Made by a program: the position numbers and the translations under genes. Shown here piece after piece: positions 16,362 through 27,120 of a stretch of 37,265 nt of DNA. The notes under the pieces were generated by a model. That model saw nothing but the letters and a program-made list of their open reading frames with translations. It did no database searches and was not told the DNA's origin. Position 1 is the first letter of the stretch, and each line of letters opens with the position of its first letter. This DNA is from Gemmatimonadota bacterium (GTDB taxonomy: Bacteria; Latescibacterota; UBA2968; UBA8231). Where the stretch lies: assembly GCA_038128265.1 (NCBI GenBank), contig JAYPJE010000043.1, positions 1-37,265 on the forward strand, given 5' to 3'.

Positions 16362-17609
16362 ATGAACCTGCGCGAGACGGCAGCCCTTAGCCTGGTCGGT
16401 CTGACCTCCCACAAGCTGCGCACGCTGCTGACCATGCTCGGGATTATATTTGGGGTCGCCGCCGTCATTGCCATGCTATCCATCGGCGAGGGAGCGAAGC
16501 AGGAATCGCTCGAGCAAATTCGCCAAATGGGCATCAGCAATATTATCGTCCAGCACTGGGACAAAAGCGAAGAGGGGTTTGAGGAAGCCATCAACAGCGA
16601 TCGCAACCTATCGCAGGGACTAACCCGCGAAGACGCCGAAGCGATTGAGCGCATTTGTCCCCTGGCCGAATTCGTCACGCCACAGCGCGAGTTTAAAAGC
16701 AAGGTGCTGGCCGGCAGCAATACCTTTAATACCATGGTCGTGGGGACGACTCCAGCCTACCTGACAGTGCTCAGCGCCCGGTTGGGCAGCGGCGTATTCT
16801 TCAACGAGGAAGACCTGGACGAAACGCGCCGCGTCTGCGTGTTGGGCAGCGACGCCAAACGCGCCCTGTTCTTTTTTCAGGATCCCATTGGCAAGCGCGT
16901 CAAGATTCGCAACCAGTGGTTTACCGTAATCGGCGTCCTCGAGGACAAAGGCGCCGCCGGCGGCAAGATTGGCGGCGTGCTCGAAGTGCGCAATACCGAT
17001 GAGGACATCTACGTGCCGCTGACGACCGTTCTGCGCCGCTTTCAGTTCGCCAGCGATGAGGCCGAACTGACGCAGGTCACCGTAAAAGTAGCCGACTCCG
17101 AAAGCCTTTCCGAAGCCGCCACCGTCATACGCTCCATTATCAACCGACGCCACCGCGGCGTCGAGGACTTTAAAATCGCCATCCCCGAAGAGCTCATGCG
17201 CCAAAGCCAAAAAACGCAGCAAATTTTTAACGTCGTCATGGGCTGTATCGCCGGTATCTCGCTGTTAGTCGGCGGGATTGGGATTATGAATATCATGTTG
17301 GCCTCCGTGCTCGAACGCACGCGGGAAATCGGCATCCGCCGCGCCCTGGGCGCTCGGCGCAAAGACATTCTCTCTCAGTTTCTCGTCGAGTCCCTGATGG
17401 TCAGCCTGCTCGGAGGCACGCTCGGCGTCATACTCGGCTACGCTATTCCGGAAATCATCACGCTCTATGCCGGCTGGCGCACCATCGTCCAACCCTGGAC
17501 CATCGCGCTGGCCTTTGGCGTGTCGGCTGCCGTCGGCATTGGCTTTGGCATCTACCCAGCGCGCCAGGCCGCCATGCTCAATCCGATTGATGCCCTGCGC
17601 TACGAGTAG
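16362..17609 (+). CDS. ABC transporter permease (MacB/FtsX family)
   Basis: LRTLLTMLGIIFGVAAVIAM, VGGIGIMNIMLASVLERTREIGIRRALGA, PIDALRYE. Confidence 0.95.
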   Translation: MNLRETAALSLVGLTSHKLRTLLTMLGIIFGVAAVIAMLSIGEGAKQESLEQIRQMGISNIIVQHWDKSEEGFEEAINSDRNLSQGLTREDAEAIERICPLAEFVTPQREFKSKVLAGSNTFNTMVVGTTPAYLTVLSARLGSGVFFNEEDLDETRRVCVLGSDAKRALFFFQDPIGKRVKIRNQWFTVIGVLEDKGAAGGKIGGVLEVRNTDEDIYVPLTTVLRRFQFASDEAELTQVTVKVADSESLSEAATVIRSIINRRHRGVEDFKIAIPEELMRQSQKTQQIFNVVMGCIAGISLLVGGIGIMNIMLASVLERTREIGIRRALGARRKDILSQFLVESLMVSLLGGTLGVILGYAIPEIITLYAGWRTIVQPWTIALAFGVSAAVGIGFGIYPARQAAMLNPIDALRYE

Positions 17610-17618
17610 GCGTTGAAT

Positions 17619-18371
17619 CTAGAGCACGCGTTTTAAGTCTACTCTGCGACCGCGCCGCTCTCTCGGATAGGCTAGGGGTTGCTGGATATAGCGCACGCCG
17701 TCTAGTTCCATATCGCAGGGAATGTGACTGTGGCCAAACACGTGCACGCTGGCGCCTAGCGCCCGCACCTGTTCTTCGAGCAGTGGACTCCCCGCCACCA
17801 GCGGCAAGCCCTTGAAACGCAGATAGGACTGACCGGGCAGCAGCTCCCAGCGCGGCAAAAAATGGGAAAAGCTGACCGTTGGCTTAGCCGCACACGGCGA
17901 CACCGCATTAAGAGCGCTGAAGTGGTGGTCCAGCCGTTGCATATCGACCGGCCAGCGGCAGTAGCGAAAATCGCCCCACGCAGTCAGGGCGCCTCTATCG
18001 TCGACCGCGATGCGCGGATCAAAATCGCGGTGGTACCACGATAGCAGCGGCGCTATCCGCACGCTGTCCAACTCGGCCATGGTCGTCTCGACGCCGCACG
18101 CGCTGCAGAGGGCGCATACCGCATCGAATTTTTCCAACGAATTTATCGACTGGCCGCGCACCCACACATCGTGATTGCCCGGCACGAAGAACACGTGTCT
18201 AAAGCGTCTTTTCAGAGCGCATAGCGTTCGTTCCAACTTGTCCAATGCATGGCTTATATCACCGGCGAGCAAGAGCACATCGGCCTGGTAATCGAGCTGA
18301 GAAATATCCTCGACCCATTTCCAATTGGCACTGTAGTCTACGTGTAGATCGGATATGGCGAAGATACGCAT
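17619..18371 (-). CDS. Calcineurin-like metallophosphoesterase
   Basis: SDLH, AGD, PGNHD, FSHFLP and FGHSH motifs. Confidence 0.9.
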   Translation of the reverse strand: MRIFAISDLHVDYSANWKWVEDISQLDYQADVLLLAGDISHALDKLERTLCALKRRFRHVFFVPGNHDVWVRGQSINSLEKFDAVCALCSACGVETTMAELDSVRIAPLLSWYHRDFDPRIAVDDRGALTAWGDFRYCRWPVDMQRLDHHFSALNAVSPCAAKPTVSFSHFLPRWELLPGQSYLRFKGLPLVAGSPLLEEQVRALGASVHVFGHSHIPCDMELDGVRYIQQPLAYPRERRGRRVDLKRVL

Positions 18372-18389
18372 GAGCCGTCGGTGCCTTTT

Positions 18390-18418
18390 TTGACTAACGC
18401 CTTGCTCTAGGTTATAAT
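18390..18418 (+). promoter_or_regulatory. sigma70 promoter TTGACT-N17-TATAAT
   Basis: Near-consensus hexamers with 17-nt spacer upstream of the small HTH gene. Confidence 0.8.
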
Positions 18419-18490
18419 CTGTAGCGCGCTGAAGAGCGAGCGCCCCACCAGATTTGAATACCCCGACTATACGCGGCGAGGACGCAATAG

Positions 18491-18679
18491 ATGATACGCT
18501 TTAAGAAGAAAGAGATTGAACAAATCTTAGAGGATCGCAAACCCGATATTAACTTGACTACGTATCAGCACATTAAAAAAACCGTCGACCAAGGGGCGGA
18601 GGGCATGGATCCTTACACGCTCTCCAATATTTGCCGCGATCTCGACTGCCTTCCCACCGATATCGTCGAATACGTTTAG
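18491..18679 (+). CDS. Small Cro/C1-like (HTH_26/YozG-like) protein, 62 aa
   Basis: GAGGA RBS; C-terminal TLSNICRDLDCLPTDIVEY matches the YozG-type tail; has its own promoter and terminator. Confidence 0.75.
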   Translation: MIRFKKKEIEQILEDRKPDINLTTYQHIKKTVDQGAEGMDPYTLSNICRDLDCLPTDIVEYV

Positions 18680-18700
18680 ACCTGTCGATTCTATGCAATA

Positions 18701-18741
18701 AGCGCCCCGCTTCCCACGAGGAAAGCGGGGCGCTCTTTTTT
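18701..18741 (+). terminator. Rho-independent terminator
   Basis: AGCGCCCCGCTT...AAGCGGGGCGCT stem followed by a T-tract, between convergent genes. Confidence 0.9.
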
Positions 18742-18746
18742 ATCCC

Positions 18747-19490
18747 CTATCGCCTGCGCGCATAGCGCGCGTTGGGCGGTTCTAGAATAGCGCGCTGACG
18801 TTCGCTCAACCCCTCGTACTCTTCCTCGTCAAAATAGCGCGCCGACCACGATATGGGATGCGGGCTGTATTTGAAAAATACGGTGCGCCGTTCGCCGCTG
18901 CCCGTCCAAGGAAGCGCACCGTGCGTCAATGCCTCGGTAAAAATAACCGCGGTGCCCGCCGGCCCCGTTACGCGCTGTACGCAGGGCTGGATTTCTGCAG
19001 CCATATCGCGCCACTCTCCCGGAAAGCGATAGTTGCTCTTATGCGAACCGGGCACGCAGCCGAAACCACCGTCCTCGGGACCGACATCGGCTAAGTTATA
19101 AGCCACTACAGTGAGTCCATTGTACATCTGCCCACCGTGGAAATGGTAGTACTGCGAGGGATCAAACGGCGCGCCCCCACCGTGTAAGCTGGCGCCAATG
19201 GGACTGTTGCCGCTGCGTATGAGGTCGGCATAGACGTGGTCCAAGCGAAACTTATCGCCCAGAATCACTTCCAAATAGGGCACTATGGGGGCGTTATCCA
19301 GCAGGTCGCGGTAGGGCTTGCCCCACGCTAGCAGACCGCCAAAGCGATGCGACGTATCTTCGCTGCTGCACTCGCTGTCGATATGTTCGTCCAAAACGGC
19401 ATTGAGTACCTGGAGCTGTCCCGCGTCAAGCGCATTGGGCACTGCGATATAGCCCTGCAAATCGAATAAGTATTTCTCGTTGTCGTTCAT
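18747..19490 (-). CDS. Phytanoyl-CoA dioxygenase (PhyH-like) family protein (start ATG 19490)
   Basis: KYLFDLQGY, RLDH, LHGG, GGFGCVPGSHK, FTEALTHG, RRTVFFKY; GGAGAGG RBS. Confidence 0.88.
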   Translation of the reverse strand: MNDNEKYLFDLQGYIAVPNALDAGQLQVLNAVLDEHIDSECSSEDTSHRFGGLLAWGKPYRDLLDNAPIVPYLEVILGDKFRLDHVYADLIRSGNSPIGASLHGGGAPFDPSQYYHFHGGQMYNGLTVVAYNLADVGPEDGGFGCVPGSHKSNYRFPGEWRDMAAEIQPCVQRVTGPAGTAVIFTEALTHGALPWTGSGERRTVFFKYSPHPISWSARYFDEEEYEGLSERQRAILEPPNARYARRR

Positions 19491-19512
19491 ATCCCTCTCC
19501 CCTAACGGTCTG

Positions 19513-20589
19513 TTATAGCTGCCAAGATGCGTCTTCCAAGTCGATGGCTCTTCCCGTGCGCATCGACTCATAGGCGGCAAAGACTAAACGCAGCGTATGC
19601 ACGTTGTCCTCGACGTCTGTTTCCGGCCGTTCGATCTCGCCGCCAAGGGCTCGCATCAGCGAACTCATTGGACCGACAAAGGCATCGGGAAACCACGTTT
19701 CTCCAAACTCCACTTCGCTCCATTCACCCGAACCGCGGGTAATGTAGCGCAGCGCATCGGGTGCGCCGGTCGGATAGTCCAACAGCAGACCCAGGCGCCG
19801 CACGGCCATGCCGTCTGTCGCGTCGATGCGAAACTCGCTTTGCTGGCCCGGGCGACCCCACTCGACGTGGTGATTGCACTGCACTGTAGCGCGCAGGTCG
19901 CCGGCAAATACGAGATGGGTGCACGTGCGCGTCTCGCCAGCTGCATCGTAGCCGGGTCGCTGGGCTCCGCTGCTGTAGAGCGAAAGAGGCTGGCTATTGG
20001 TGACATAGCGAATCGCATCGAGATAGTGAATCGAGTGGTAGAGAACCTCGATTGTCTCTTTTTCTTTGAGCCATCCCCACATATTCCACGGCGTATCGAC
20101 ATAGATGTGAAAGTCCATATTGTAGAGCGTCCCTAACGCACCGGAATCGAGCAAGCGGCGACAGGCGCGCACGCCGGGTTCCCAGCGCATTTGCTGGTTG
20201 ACCGCGGCCGGTTTGGCGCCGCTGCGAATGCGCCGCACGATGCGCATGACCGTCTCCCAGTCTTCGGCCAGCGGCTTCTGCACCAGCAGGGCTACCCCGG
20301 CCTCGACGAGCACATCGACCACCCGCTCGTTTTCCCAGGCAGGCACGGCAACGTCGACGATGTCGCAGCCATCGGCTACTTCTTCGGGCGCGCTGCAAAC
20401 CCGAGGTATCTCAAAGCGCGCCGCCGTCTCTTCGGCACGGGCGCGGTCGACGTCGTATATGCACTCGACGCGAAATCCCGCTTTGCGGTAAGCCGGTAGA
20501 TGGGCGCCGTTGACGATGCCGCCGGCACCGCACACGCCAATGCGATAGTCCATATTGGCCGGCATCTGCGGCAGGTAGTCCAGCTCCAT
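19513..20589 (-). CDS. Gfo/Idh/MocA family oxidoreductase
   Basis: IGVCGAGGIV...HLPAY, VQKP, VNQQMRW, YHSIHYLD. Confidence 0.9.
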   Translation of the reverse strand: MELDYLPQMPANMDYRIGVCGAGGIVNGAHLPAYRKAGFRVECIYDVDRARAEETAARFEIPRVCSAPEEVADGCDIVDVAVPAWENERVVDVLVEAGVALLVQKPLAEDWETVMRIVRRIRSGAKPAAVNQQMRWEPGVRACRRLLDSGALGTLYNMDFHIYVDTPWNMWGWLKEKETIEVLYHSIHYLDAIRYVTNSQPLSLYSSGAQRPGYDAAGETRTCTHLVFAGDLRATVQCNHHVEWGRPGQQSEFRIDATDGMAVRRLGLLLDYPTGAPDALRYITRGSGEWSEVEFGETWFPDAFVGPMSSLMRALGGEIERPETDVEDNVHTLRLVFAAYESMRTGRAIDLEDASWQL

Positions 20590-20601
20590 TGGCTCTCTCC
20601 C

Positions 20602-21282
20602 TCAGAAAAGCTGATAAACGACGCGTAGACGCGCGCCCAGGCGCTGGGTGCCCGTGCGAATGGGTGGCGAATGCGCTTCTGATGCCATCATTTTTACCAG
20701 TGGTGCCATGCCGCCACCGCCCTCTTCGGCGATTTCCAGCACAGCCCCTAGCTGCGCTCCGTGCAGCGCAGCGAGCTGCTCGGCTTTTTCTCGCGCATCC
20801 TGGGCCGCCAGCTGGCGTGCCGCGACCAGAGCCTGACGCGGGTCCTCTAGCTCCATGCGCAGACTGCGCATCTCATTGGCACCGCCAGCCATGGCCGCGC
20901 CCATAACGCGACCGATGCGCGACAGGTCGCGAATGGCAATTTCCACCATATTGTTAACTCGATACGCCTCTCCGTCCCGCTCGCGCTCACCGTAGGAGCG
21001 ATCCAGCGAGACGGAGTAATGCCCCGTCGCCATATCGCGCTGGTCCACGCCGGCGTCGGCCACGGCTGCCAGCACGCGCTCTACCCGCTCCGCATTTTGG
21101 CCTGCCGCCTGCGCGACGTCTTCGGCGACGGTAGTCACGCCCACCTGTACATAGGCAATATCGGGCACTACTTCAACCTGCCCTTCTCCAAACACCTCAA
21201 GCGTTCGCATGGGGTCTGCACCCCAGCCGGCGCTGGCCCACAACACCAGCGCCGCAAATCCCATTCTGTGTAGCGCAGCCAT
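20602..21282 (-). CDS. SIMPL (DUF541) periplasmic protein
   Basis: Signal peptide; VFGEGQVEVVPDIAYVQVGV, GGAN, DAREKAEQLA. Confidence 0.88.
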   Translation of the reverse strand: MAALHRMGFAALVLWASAGWGADPMRTLEVFGEGQVEVVPDIAYVQVGVTTVAEDVAQAAGQNAERVERVLAAVADAGVDQRDMATGHYSVSLDRSYGERERDGEAYRVNNMVEIAIRDLSRIGRVMGAAMAGGANEMRSLRMELEDPRQALVAARQLAAQDAREKAEQLAALHGAQLGAVLEIAEEGGGGMAPLVKMMASEAHSPPIRTGTQRLGARLRVVYQLF

Positions 21283-21306
21283 GCGGCCGCCTCCTTTCTC
21301 ATACGA

Positions 21307-21337
21307 CCTTGCTTTGGCAAGGAGCGTCTCATAGAAT
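21307..21337 (+). promoter_or_regulatory. sigma70 promoter TTGCTT-N17-TAGAAT with palindrome CCTTGC-N4-GCAAGG over the -35
   Basis: -35 at 21309-21314, -10 at 21332-21337, inverted repeat 21307-21322, in a divergent intergenic region. Confidence 0.55.
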
Positions 21338-21379
21338 TAACTTTTCTTCACACGGCAAAACAGACCAATACAACCCACT

Positions 21380-22495
21380 ATGTTCTATCCCATCGCACTC
21401 TCGATGCTCCTGCTCGTATACGGCTACGGCAGCTGGCGGCTCCTCGCCTATTTGCCCACGCCGTGGAGTGCCTTGGGCACCGTGACCGTATGTGCCCTAG
21501 CCCTTTCTCCTCTGCTGGCCGCGCGCATGCGCGAGCATCCGACATTCCGCCGCTTGGGCGATGCCTACTGCTGGGTAGCCTACGGCGGTCTGGGATTTTT
21601 CGTTGTATTGACCAGCCTATTCCTGCTGCGCGACCTGGTGGGGATTGCCTTGGAGCTAAGCGACATTGTGCTCCCCTTTCCGCACAACCTGCTCGATGCG
21701 GCAACGCTCGGCCTGTCTGTGCTATCGGCGTCGTGGGGATTCTATCAGGCCCGGCGCACGCCCGCCGTTCGCCGGGTCACGGTTCCCATCGACGGCCTGC
21801 CGGCCGAACTCGATGGCCTGCGCATCGCCCAGATCAGCGATCTGCACGTTGGCCCGACGATAAAGGGCGATTTCGTGCGCCGCATTGTCGAGCGCACCAA
21901 CGCGCTACAGCCGGATATCATCGTCTTCACCGGCGATATGGCGGACGGACCCGTCGAGCGCTTGGCCGAGGACGTCGCACCGCTGCAGGAACTCCGCGCC
22001 CCGCTCGGTCTGTTCTCCGTTACCGGCAACCACGAGTATTATTCTGGCGTGCACGACTGGATTGCCCAAGCCGAACGCCTCGGTTTCCGCGTGTTACTCA
22101 ACGACAGCTGCCAGATAGAACACCTCGGCGCACACATCGCCATCGTCGGCATCACGGACCACAGCGCCGGGGGTATGCTTGCCGACCATCGCTCCGATCC
22201 GCAAGGCGCACTAGATCGCGCACCGCAGGCCGACCTGGTCGTGCTACTGGCGCATCAGCCGCGCAGTGTGTTTTCAGCGCGCGGCGCCCACCTACAGCTG
22301 TCCGGACACACTCACGGCGGCCAGTTTATTCCCTGGAAATACATAGTGCCCTTACAGCAAACCTACTTGGCCGGCCTGCATCGCCACGAATCGACCTGGC
22401 TCTACGTTCACAGTGGCAGCGGCTATTGGGGGCCGCCACTGCGCCTGGGCGCTCCTTCCGAGATTGCACTCCTCGTCTTGAGCAGAACCCAATGA
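21380..22495 (+). CDS. Membrane-anchored metallophosphoesterase (YkuE/YaeI-like)
   Basis: N-terminal TM helices; SDLH, TGD, GNHEYY, LAHQP, SGHTHGGQ, GPPLRLG. Confidence 0.92.
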   Translation: MFYPIALSMLLLVYGYGSWRLLAYLPTPWSALGTVTVCALALSPLLAARMREHPTFRRLGDAYCWVAYGGLGFFVVLTSLFLLRDLVGIALELSDIVLPFPHNLLDAATLGLSVLSASWGFYQARRTPAVRRVTVPIDGLPAELDGLRIAQISDLHVGPTIKGDFVRRIVERTNALQPDIIVFTGDMADGPVERLAEDVAPLQELRAPLGLFSVTGNHEYYSGVHDWIAQAERLGFRVLLNDSCQIEHLGAHIAIVGITDHSAGGMLADHRSDPQGALDRAPQADLVVLLAHQPRSVFSARGAHLQLSGHTHGGQFIPWKYIVPLQQTYLAGLHRHESTWLYVHSGSGYWGPPLRLGAPSEIALLVLSRTQ

Positions 22496-22866
22496 AACCA
22501 CTTGGCCAACACCTGTTAATGGATTTTTACGGCTGCGACGGGCACTTGCTCGACGATGCCGAGTATATGGAGACGCAGCTACGGCGCGCCGCCGAGGCGG
22601 CTTCGGCCCACGTATTGTCCGCTACGTTCCACCGCTTTGCCCCCCAGGGGATCAGCGGCGTGCTGTCCCTGCGCGAAAGCCACCTGGCCATTCACACCTG
22701 GCCCGAGCGGCGCTTTGCCGCCGCCGACCTATTCAGCTGTGGTCAAATTGACCCGTGGCCGGCCCATGACCTGCTAAAAGAGGCCCTCCGCGCCGAACAC
22801 ACGCGCACGCGTCAGCAGGCGCGCGGGACCGAATTCCCCGACGATGGCGGCACGCCCCACGCTTAG
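22492..22866 (+). CDS. speD: Pyruvoyl-dependent S-adenosylmethionine decarboxylase proenzyme (class 1B), 124 aa
   Basis: ATGA overlap start; LGQHLLMDFYGC, FHRFAPQGISG, ESHLAIHTWPE self-cleavage motif, DLFSCG. Confidence 0.85.
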   Translation: MKPLGQHLLMDFYGCDGHLLDDAEYMETQLRRAAEAASAHVLSATFHRFAPQGISGVLSLRESHLAIHTWPERRFAAADLFSCGQIDPWPAHDLLKEALRAEHTRTRQQARGTEFPDDGGTPHA

Positions 22867-23810
22867 TTTCCCGGCTCCACTTCAAACATTTCTTGCAAAT
22901 GGCGCTGGAAGGCCTCTGCGCGGGCGCGCACCACGGCGATCAGCTCGTCAATCTCCTGCTGGCGCGCCTTGCACTTGTGGATCTCCAGCAGCACGCGGTC
23001 GCTGGATAGCTGTTCAACGACGATAAGTTGACCTCCTTCCGCTCCACGCATCAGGGTCGCTGCCAGCGACGTCGTTGCCACAGTGCTGCCCGCGGCACCC
23101 GCAGCCGCTCGCAGGGCGCCGCGACTGCCGGCCGGCGGCGGCTCGACGCGGTATGCCTCGCCGACAAAAGAGCGCATCGCTGCGCGCAGGCGATATTCTT
23201 CCTCCAGCTTGTGCAGGTGGCCCGATACCTCGTGCGCTTCACTGCGCAAGTTCTCTTCGAGGTCTTTCATTAGCTCGAGCTTTTGGCGAATTTCTTCCGG
23301 CCCGTCTTCTGGGCCAATCGCCATGCCTTCATCGTAGTTTAATATGGTCTCCGAGGTGCGTGCCCCCAGCGCTTCGCGCGCTTCCTGATACACCATTAGC
23401 TGCGTCAGCAACCCCTCGTCCGGGCGATCCTGCAACTGCTGAATCAGCACGCCTATTTCCCAATCGTATCCCAGGCGAAGCTGCTCGAGCAAACTGTCTT
23501 CACGCGTCCGCGCCGCATCCAACGAGCGGTCCAATAGAACGAGGCTCTGCACCAATACCATCGACGAGCGCAGCGCTGGATGCAGCTCTTCGTTGTCGAC
23601 CTCAACCATCTTTAAACTATCGATATGCGTCGATAAGTCCTCCGACTGGGCCATGATGCGGCGACGCTGCTCCTCCAGCGAATCGCGCACGGCACTGGCC
23701 TGACGCCATTCGGAGCGCAGCAAACCAATCCGACTGGCATCACCGCTGCAAAAGCGAGGAAGCGCCAGCACCAGAAGGTACACCGCCAGAACAAACCATG
23801 CGTATGCCAT
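22863..23810 (-). CDS. Exported coiled-coil hypothetical protein
   Basis: Signal-like N-terminus and helical heptad-rich body; start abuts the response regulator stop. Confidence 0.7.
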   Translation of the reverse strand: MAYAWFVLAVYLLVLALPRFCSGDASRIGLLRSEWRQASAVRDSLEEQRRRIMAQSEDLSTHIDSLKMVEVDNEELHPALRSSMVLVQSLVLLDRSLDAARTREDSLLEQLRLGYDWEIGVLIQQLQDRPDEGLLTQLMVYQEAREALGARTSETILNYDEGMAIGPEDGPEEIRQKLELMKDLEENLRSEAHEVSGHLHKLEEEYRLRAAMRSFVGEAYRVEPPPAGSRGALRAAAGAAGSTVATTSLAATLMRGAEGGQLIVVEQLSSDRVLLEIHKCKARQQEIDELIAVVRARAEAFQRHLQEMFEVEPGN

Positions 23811-25217
<1,407 letters not shown>

Positions 25218-26708
25218 CTACTGGTCGCCCTCGCTATCCGAGCGCACCGGAGGAACAGTGGGCAGAAAAATCTTGAACACCGTTCCCTGGCCCTCGTCGC
25301 TCTCCAATTCGATGCGCCCTCCGTTGTCGTTAACCGTCTGCGACACCACCGCCAGACCAAGCCCTGACCCCTGTTCTTTTGTCGTGAAAAACGGTTCGAA
25401 TAGCCGAGCGCGCACATCGGTGGGCATACCGGGTCCATCGTCGACAACTTCAATGCATACGGCATCGCCCTGGGCATGGGCGGCAACGGTTAATGTGCCC
25501 CCATCGCGCATGGCTTGCACCGCGTTTTTCATCAGGTTGAATAACATGCGCTTGATCTGTTCCGGATCGGCATATATCGACAGGTCGGCATCTATTTCCC
25601 GACGGCACGTTACGGCGGCGCGCTCCATGTCGGGCGCCAGCAGAAAAGCGGCGTCGCCGACCAATGCCGCCACGCCAACGCGTTCGGCCACCGGTGGGGC
25701 AGGGCGCGCAAAGCTGAGAAATTCTGAAATGACCCGATCGAGCTTGCGCACCTCCTGTATTACCTTTAGGATATGCTCCTTGCGCTCGTCACCATCGGGC
25801 AAATCTTCTGCTATAAGTCCCGCGTATATCTCAATGCCGCCCAGTGGGTTACGTATCTCATGAGCAACGCCTCCAAGCATCTGACGTAGCTGGGCATCAC
25901 GCGCGACCAGCTTGCGCCGCATCTCTTCCATCGCCTCGCCCAAATAACCGATTTCATCGTCGCTAGTCGAGGCAACCTGCTGCTCCATTTTGCCCTGGCC
26001 GATCGCCCGAGCCGCGCCCACCAACTGCTGGATGGGCCGCGTCAACTTTAGCGCCATCCCCCATGCTACGGCAATGGTTAACAAGGCGCTAAGCAGGGCG
26101 AAAATCAGCACCGAACGCGTAAAGACGTGGATTGAGTCGACAAAACCAGCTCCGATGTCTATGCCGACCGCAGCCACGACTTCGCCGCGGTCGTAAACGG
26201 GCGCATAACCCGTCATATAGGCCACGTCGTCGTCGGTAAAGAACAGCACCGAATAGGTGACCTCGCCGCTGAGCGCGCGCTCCACTTCGCTGCGATCGCG
26301 TATGCGGATGTGGTGGTATTTCTGCCCGATCGGCACCCCCTCCGTATCGAGCAAACTGCGATCCAAACGGTCAAAGACGTAGATTCGTCGCGCTCCCACC
26401 ACTTCTTTTGCGCGCCGCAGTTTGGCCACGAGCGTGCGATATACCCCGGACTGTTCCCACCCTGGGGCCAATACGCGCAGCACGTCTCCCGAAATACCCG
26501 AGCCAACCATCTGGGCGGTGGACATGAGATGCGCCCGCATCTGCCACTCGAGATTGCGCCGCGTCAGTTCGACGAGCGCCCAGCCCGACGTGCCCACCAA
26601 TACCATGACCAACAGCACAAAGCTGAGCACGAGTTTCTGCCGGATGCGCCCGCGCGGACGGGCCGAATCGGCCCTCTCAGCCACCGCTCTATTCATTGCG
26701 ATGTTCAA
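25218..26708 (-). CDS. Membrane sensor histidine kinase with HAMP domain
   Basis: Two TM helices, HAMP (DEIGYL), H-box AHEIRNPL, N/G boxes (NAVQAM, DDGPGM, GSGLGL). Confidence 0.93.
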   Translation of the reverse strand: MNIAMNRAVAERADSARPRGRIRQKLVLSFVLLVMVLVGTSGWALVELTRRNLEWQMRAHLMSTAQMVGSGISGDVLRVLAPGWEQSGVYRTLVAKLRRAKEVVGARRIYVFDRLDRSLLDTEGVPIGQKYHHIRIRDRSEVERALSGEVTYSVLFFTDDDVAYMTGYAPVYDRGEVVAAVGIDIGAGFVDSIHVFTRSVLIFALLSALLTIAVAWGMALKLTRPIQQLVGAARAIGQGKMEQQVASTSDDEIGYLGEAMEEMRRKLVARDAQLRQMLGGVAHEIRNPLGGIEIYAGLIAEDLPDGDERKEHILKVIQEVRKLDRVISEFLSFARPAPPVAERVGVAALVGDAAFLLAPDMERAAVTCRREIDADLSIYADPEQIKRMLFNLMKNAVQAMRDGGTLTVAAHAQGDAVCIEVVDDGPGMPTDVRARLFEPFFTTKEQGSGLGLAVVSQTVNDNGGRIELESDEGQGTVFKIFLPTVPPVRSDSEGDQ

Positions 26709-26725
26709 TCCACATAACGACTTGT

Positions 26726-26755
26726 AATCTATTCACAGGGAGCGCATTGGCGCAA
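26726..26755 (-). promoter_or_regulatory. Candidate promoter TTGCGC-N18-TAGATT
   Basis: Directly upstream of the kinase; the same hexamers recur upstream of the 74-aa gene. Confidence 0.45.
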
Positions 26756-26968
26756 GCGATTCGCCCCCTGCTACGCCCGCCATCAGGCCGCTGCCAAATG
26801 ACAAATCGGGGGCGGCTCCCTTTTCATTTTCTCGAAGCGGTGCCCCTCCATCCGAACGCCCCCTCAACCCCAACGATGCGGATTGCGCCCAGATGACCCT
26901 ACGCCATACTGCGCCTCCTCCCCCGTGCGCATTCTTTTTGCATACGCATCCACATCCCAATTTTTTCC

Positions 26969-26996
26969 TTGATTCACAGCAGAGATTTCGTATAAT
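26969..26996 (+). promoter_or_regulatory. sigma70 promoter TTGATT-N16-TATAAT
   Basis: Perfect -10 and near-consensus -35 preceded by a T-rich tract, upstream of the HU/IHF gene. Confidence 0.7.
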
Positions 26997-27120
26997 TCAA
27001 GTCACAGTAAACACAACATCTTATATGGCCTAACAGCGATCTCCCCATCGCGGGATAGAGCGCCGGCCATCTCCGCTCCGTGCGAGAGCGCCTTCACTCC
27101 GATCCAGCGAGAGGTTTTCC

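Noticed and set aside
21463..22491. Long N-terminal extension fused to SpeD (467-aa ORF)
   Set aside because: Off-frame overlap with the metallophosphoesterase; real start is ATG 22492
26733..26960. 75-aa minus-strand ORF and an RBS-ATG-GCG-TAG minigene (26899-26907) in the intergenic region
   Set aside because: No protein-like features, upstream of the predicted kinase promoter, and plausible by chance in purine-rich sequence
26709..27120. Sigma54 -24/-12 promoter or known ncRNA near the NtrC system
   Set aside because: No TGGCAC-N5-TTGC match and no recognisable Rfam-type structure by eye
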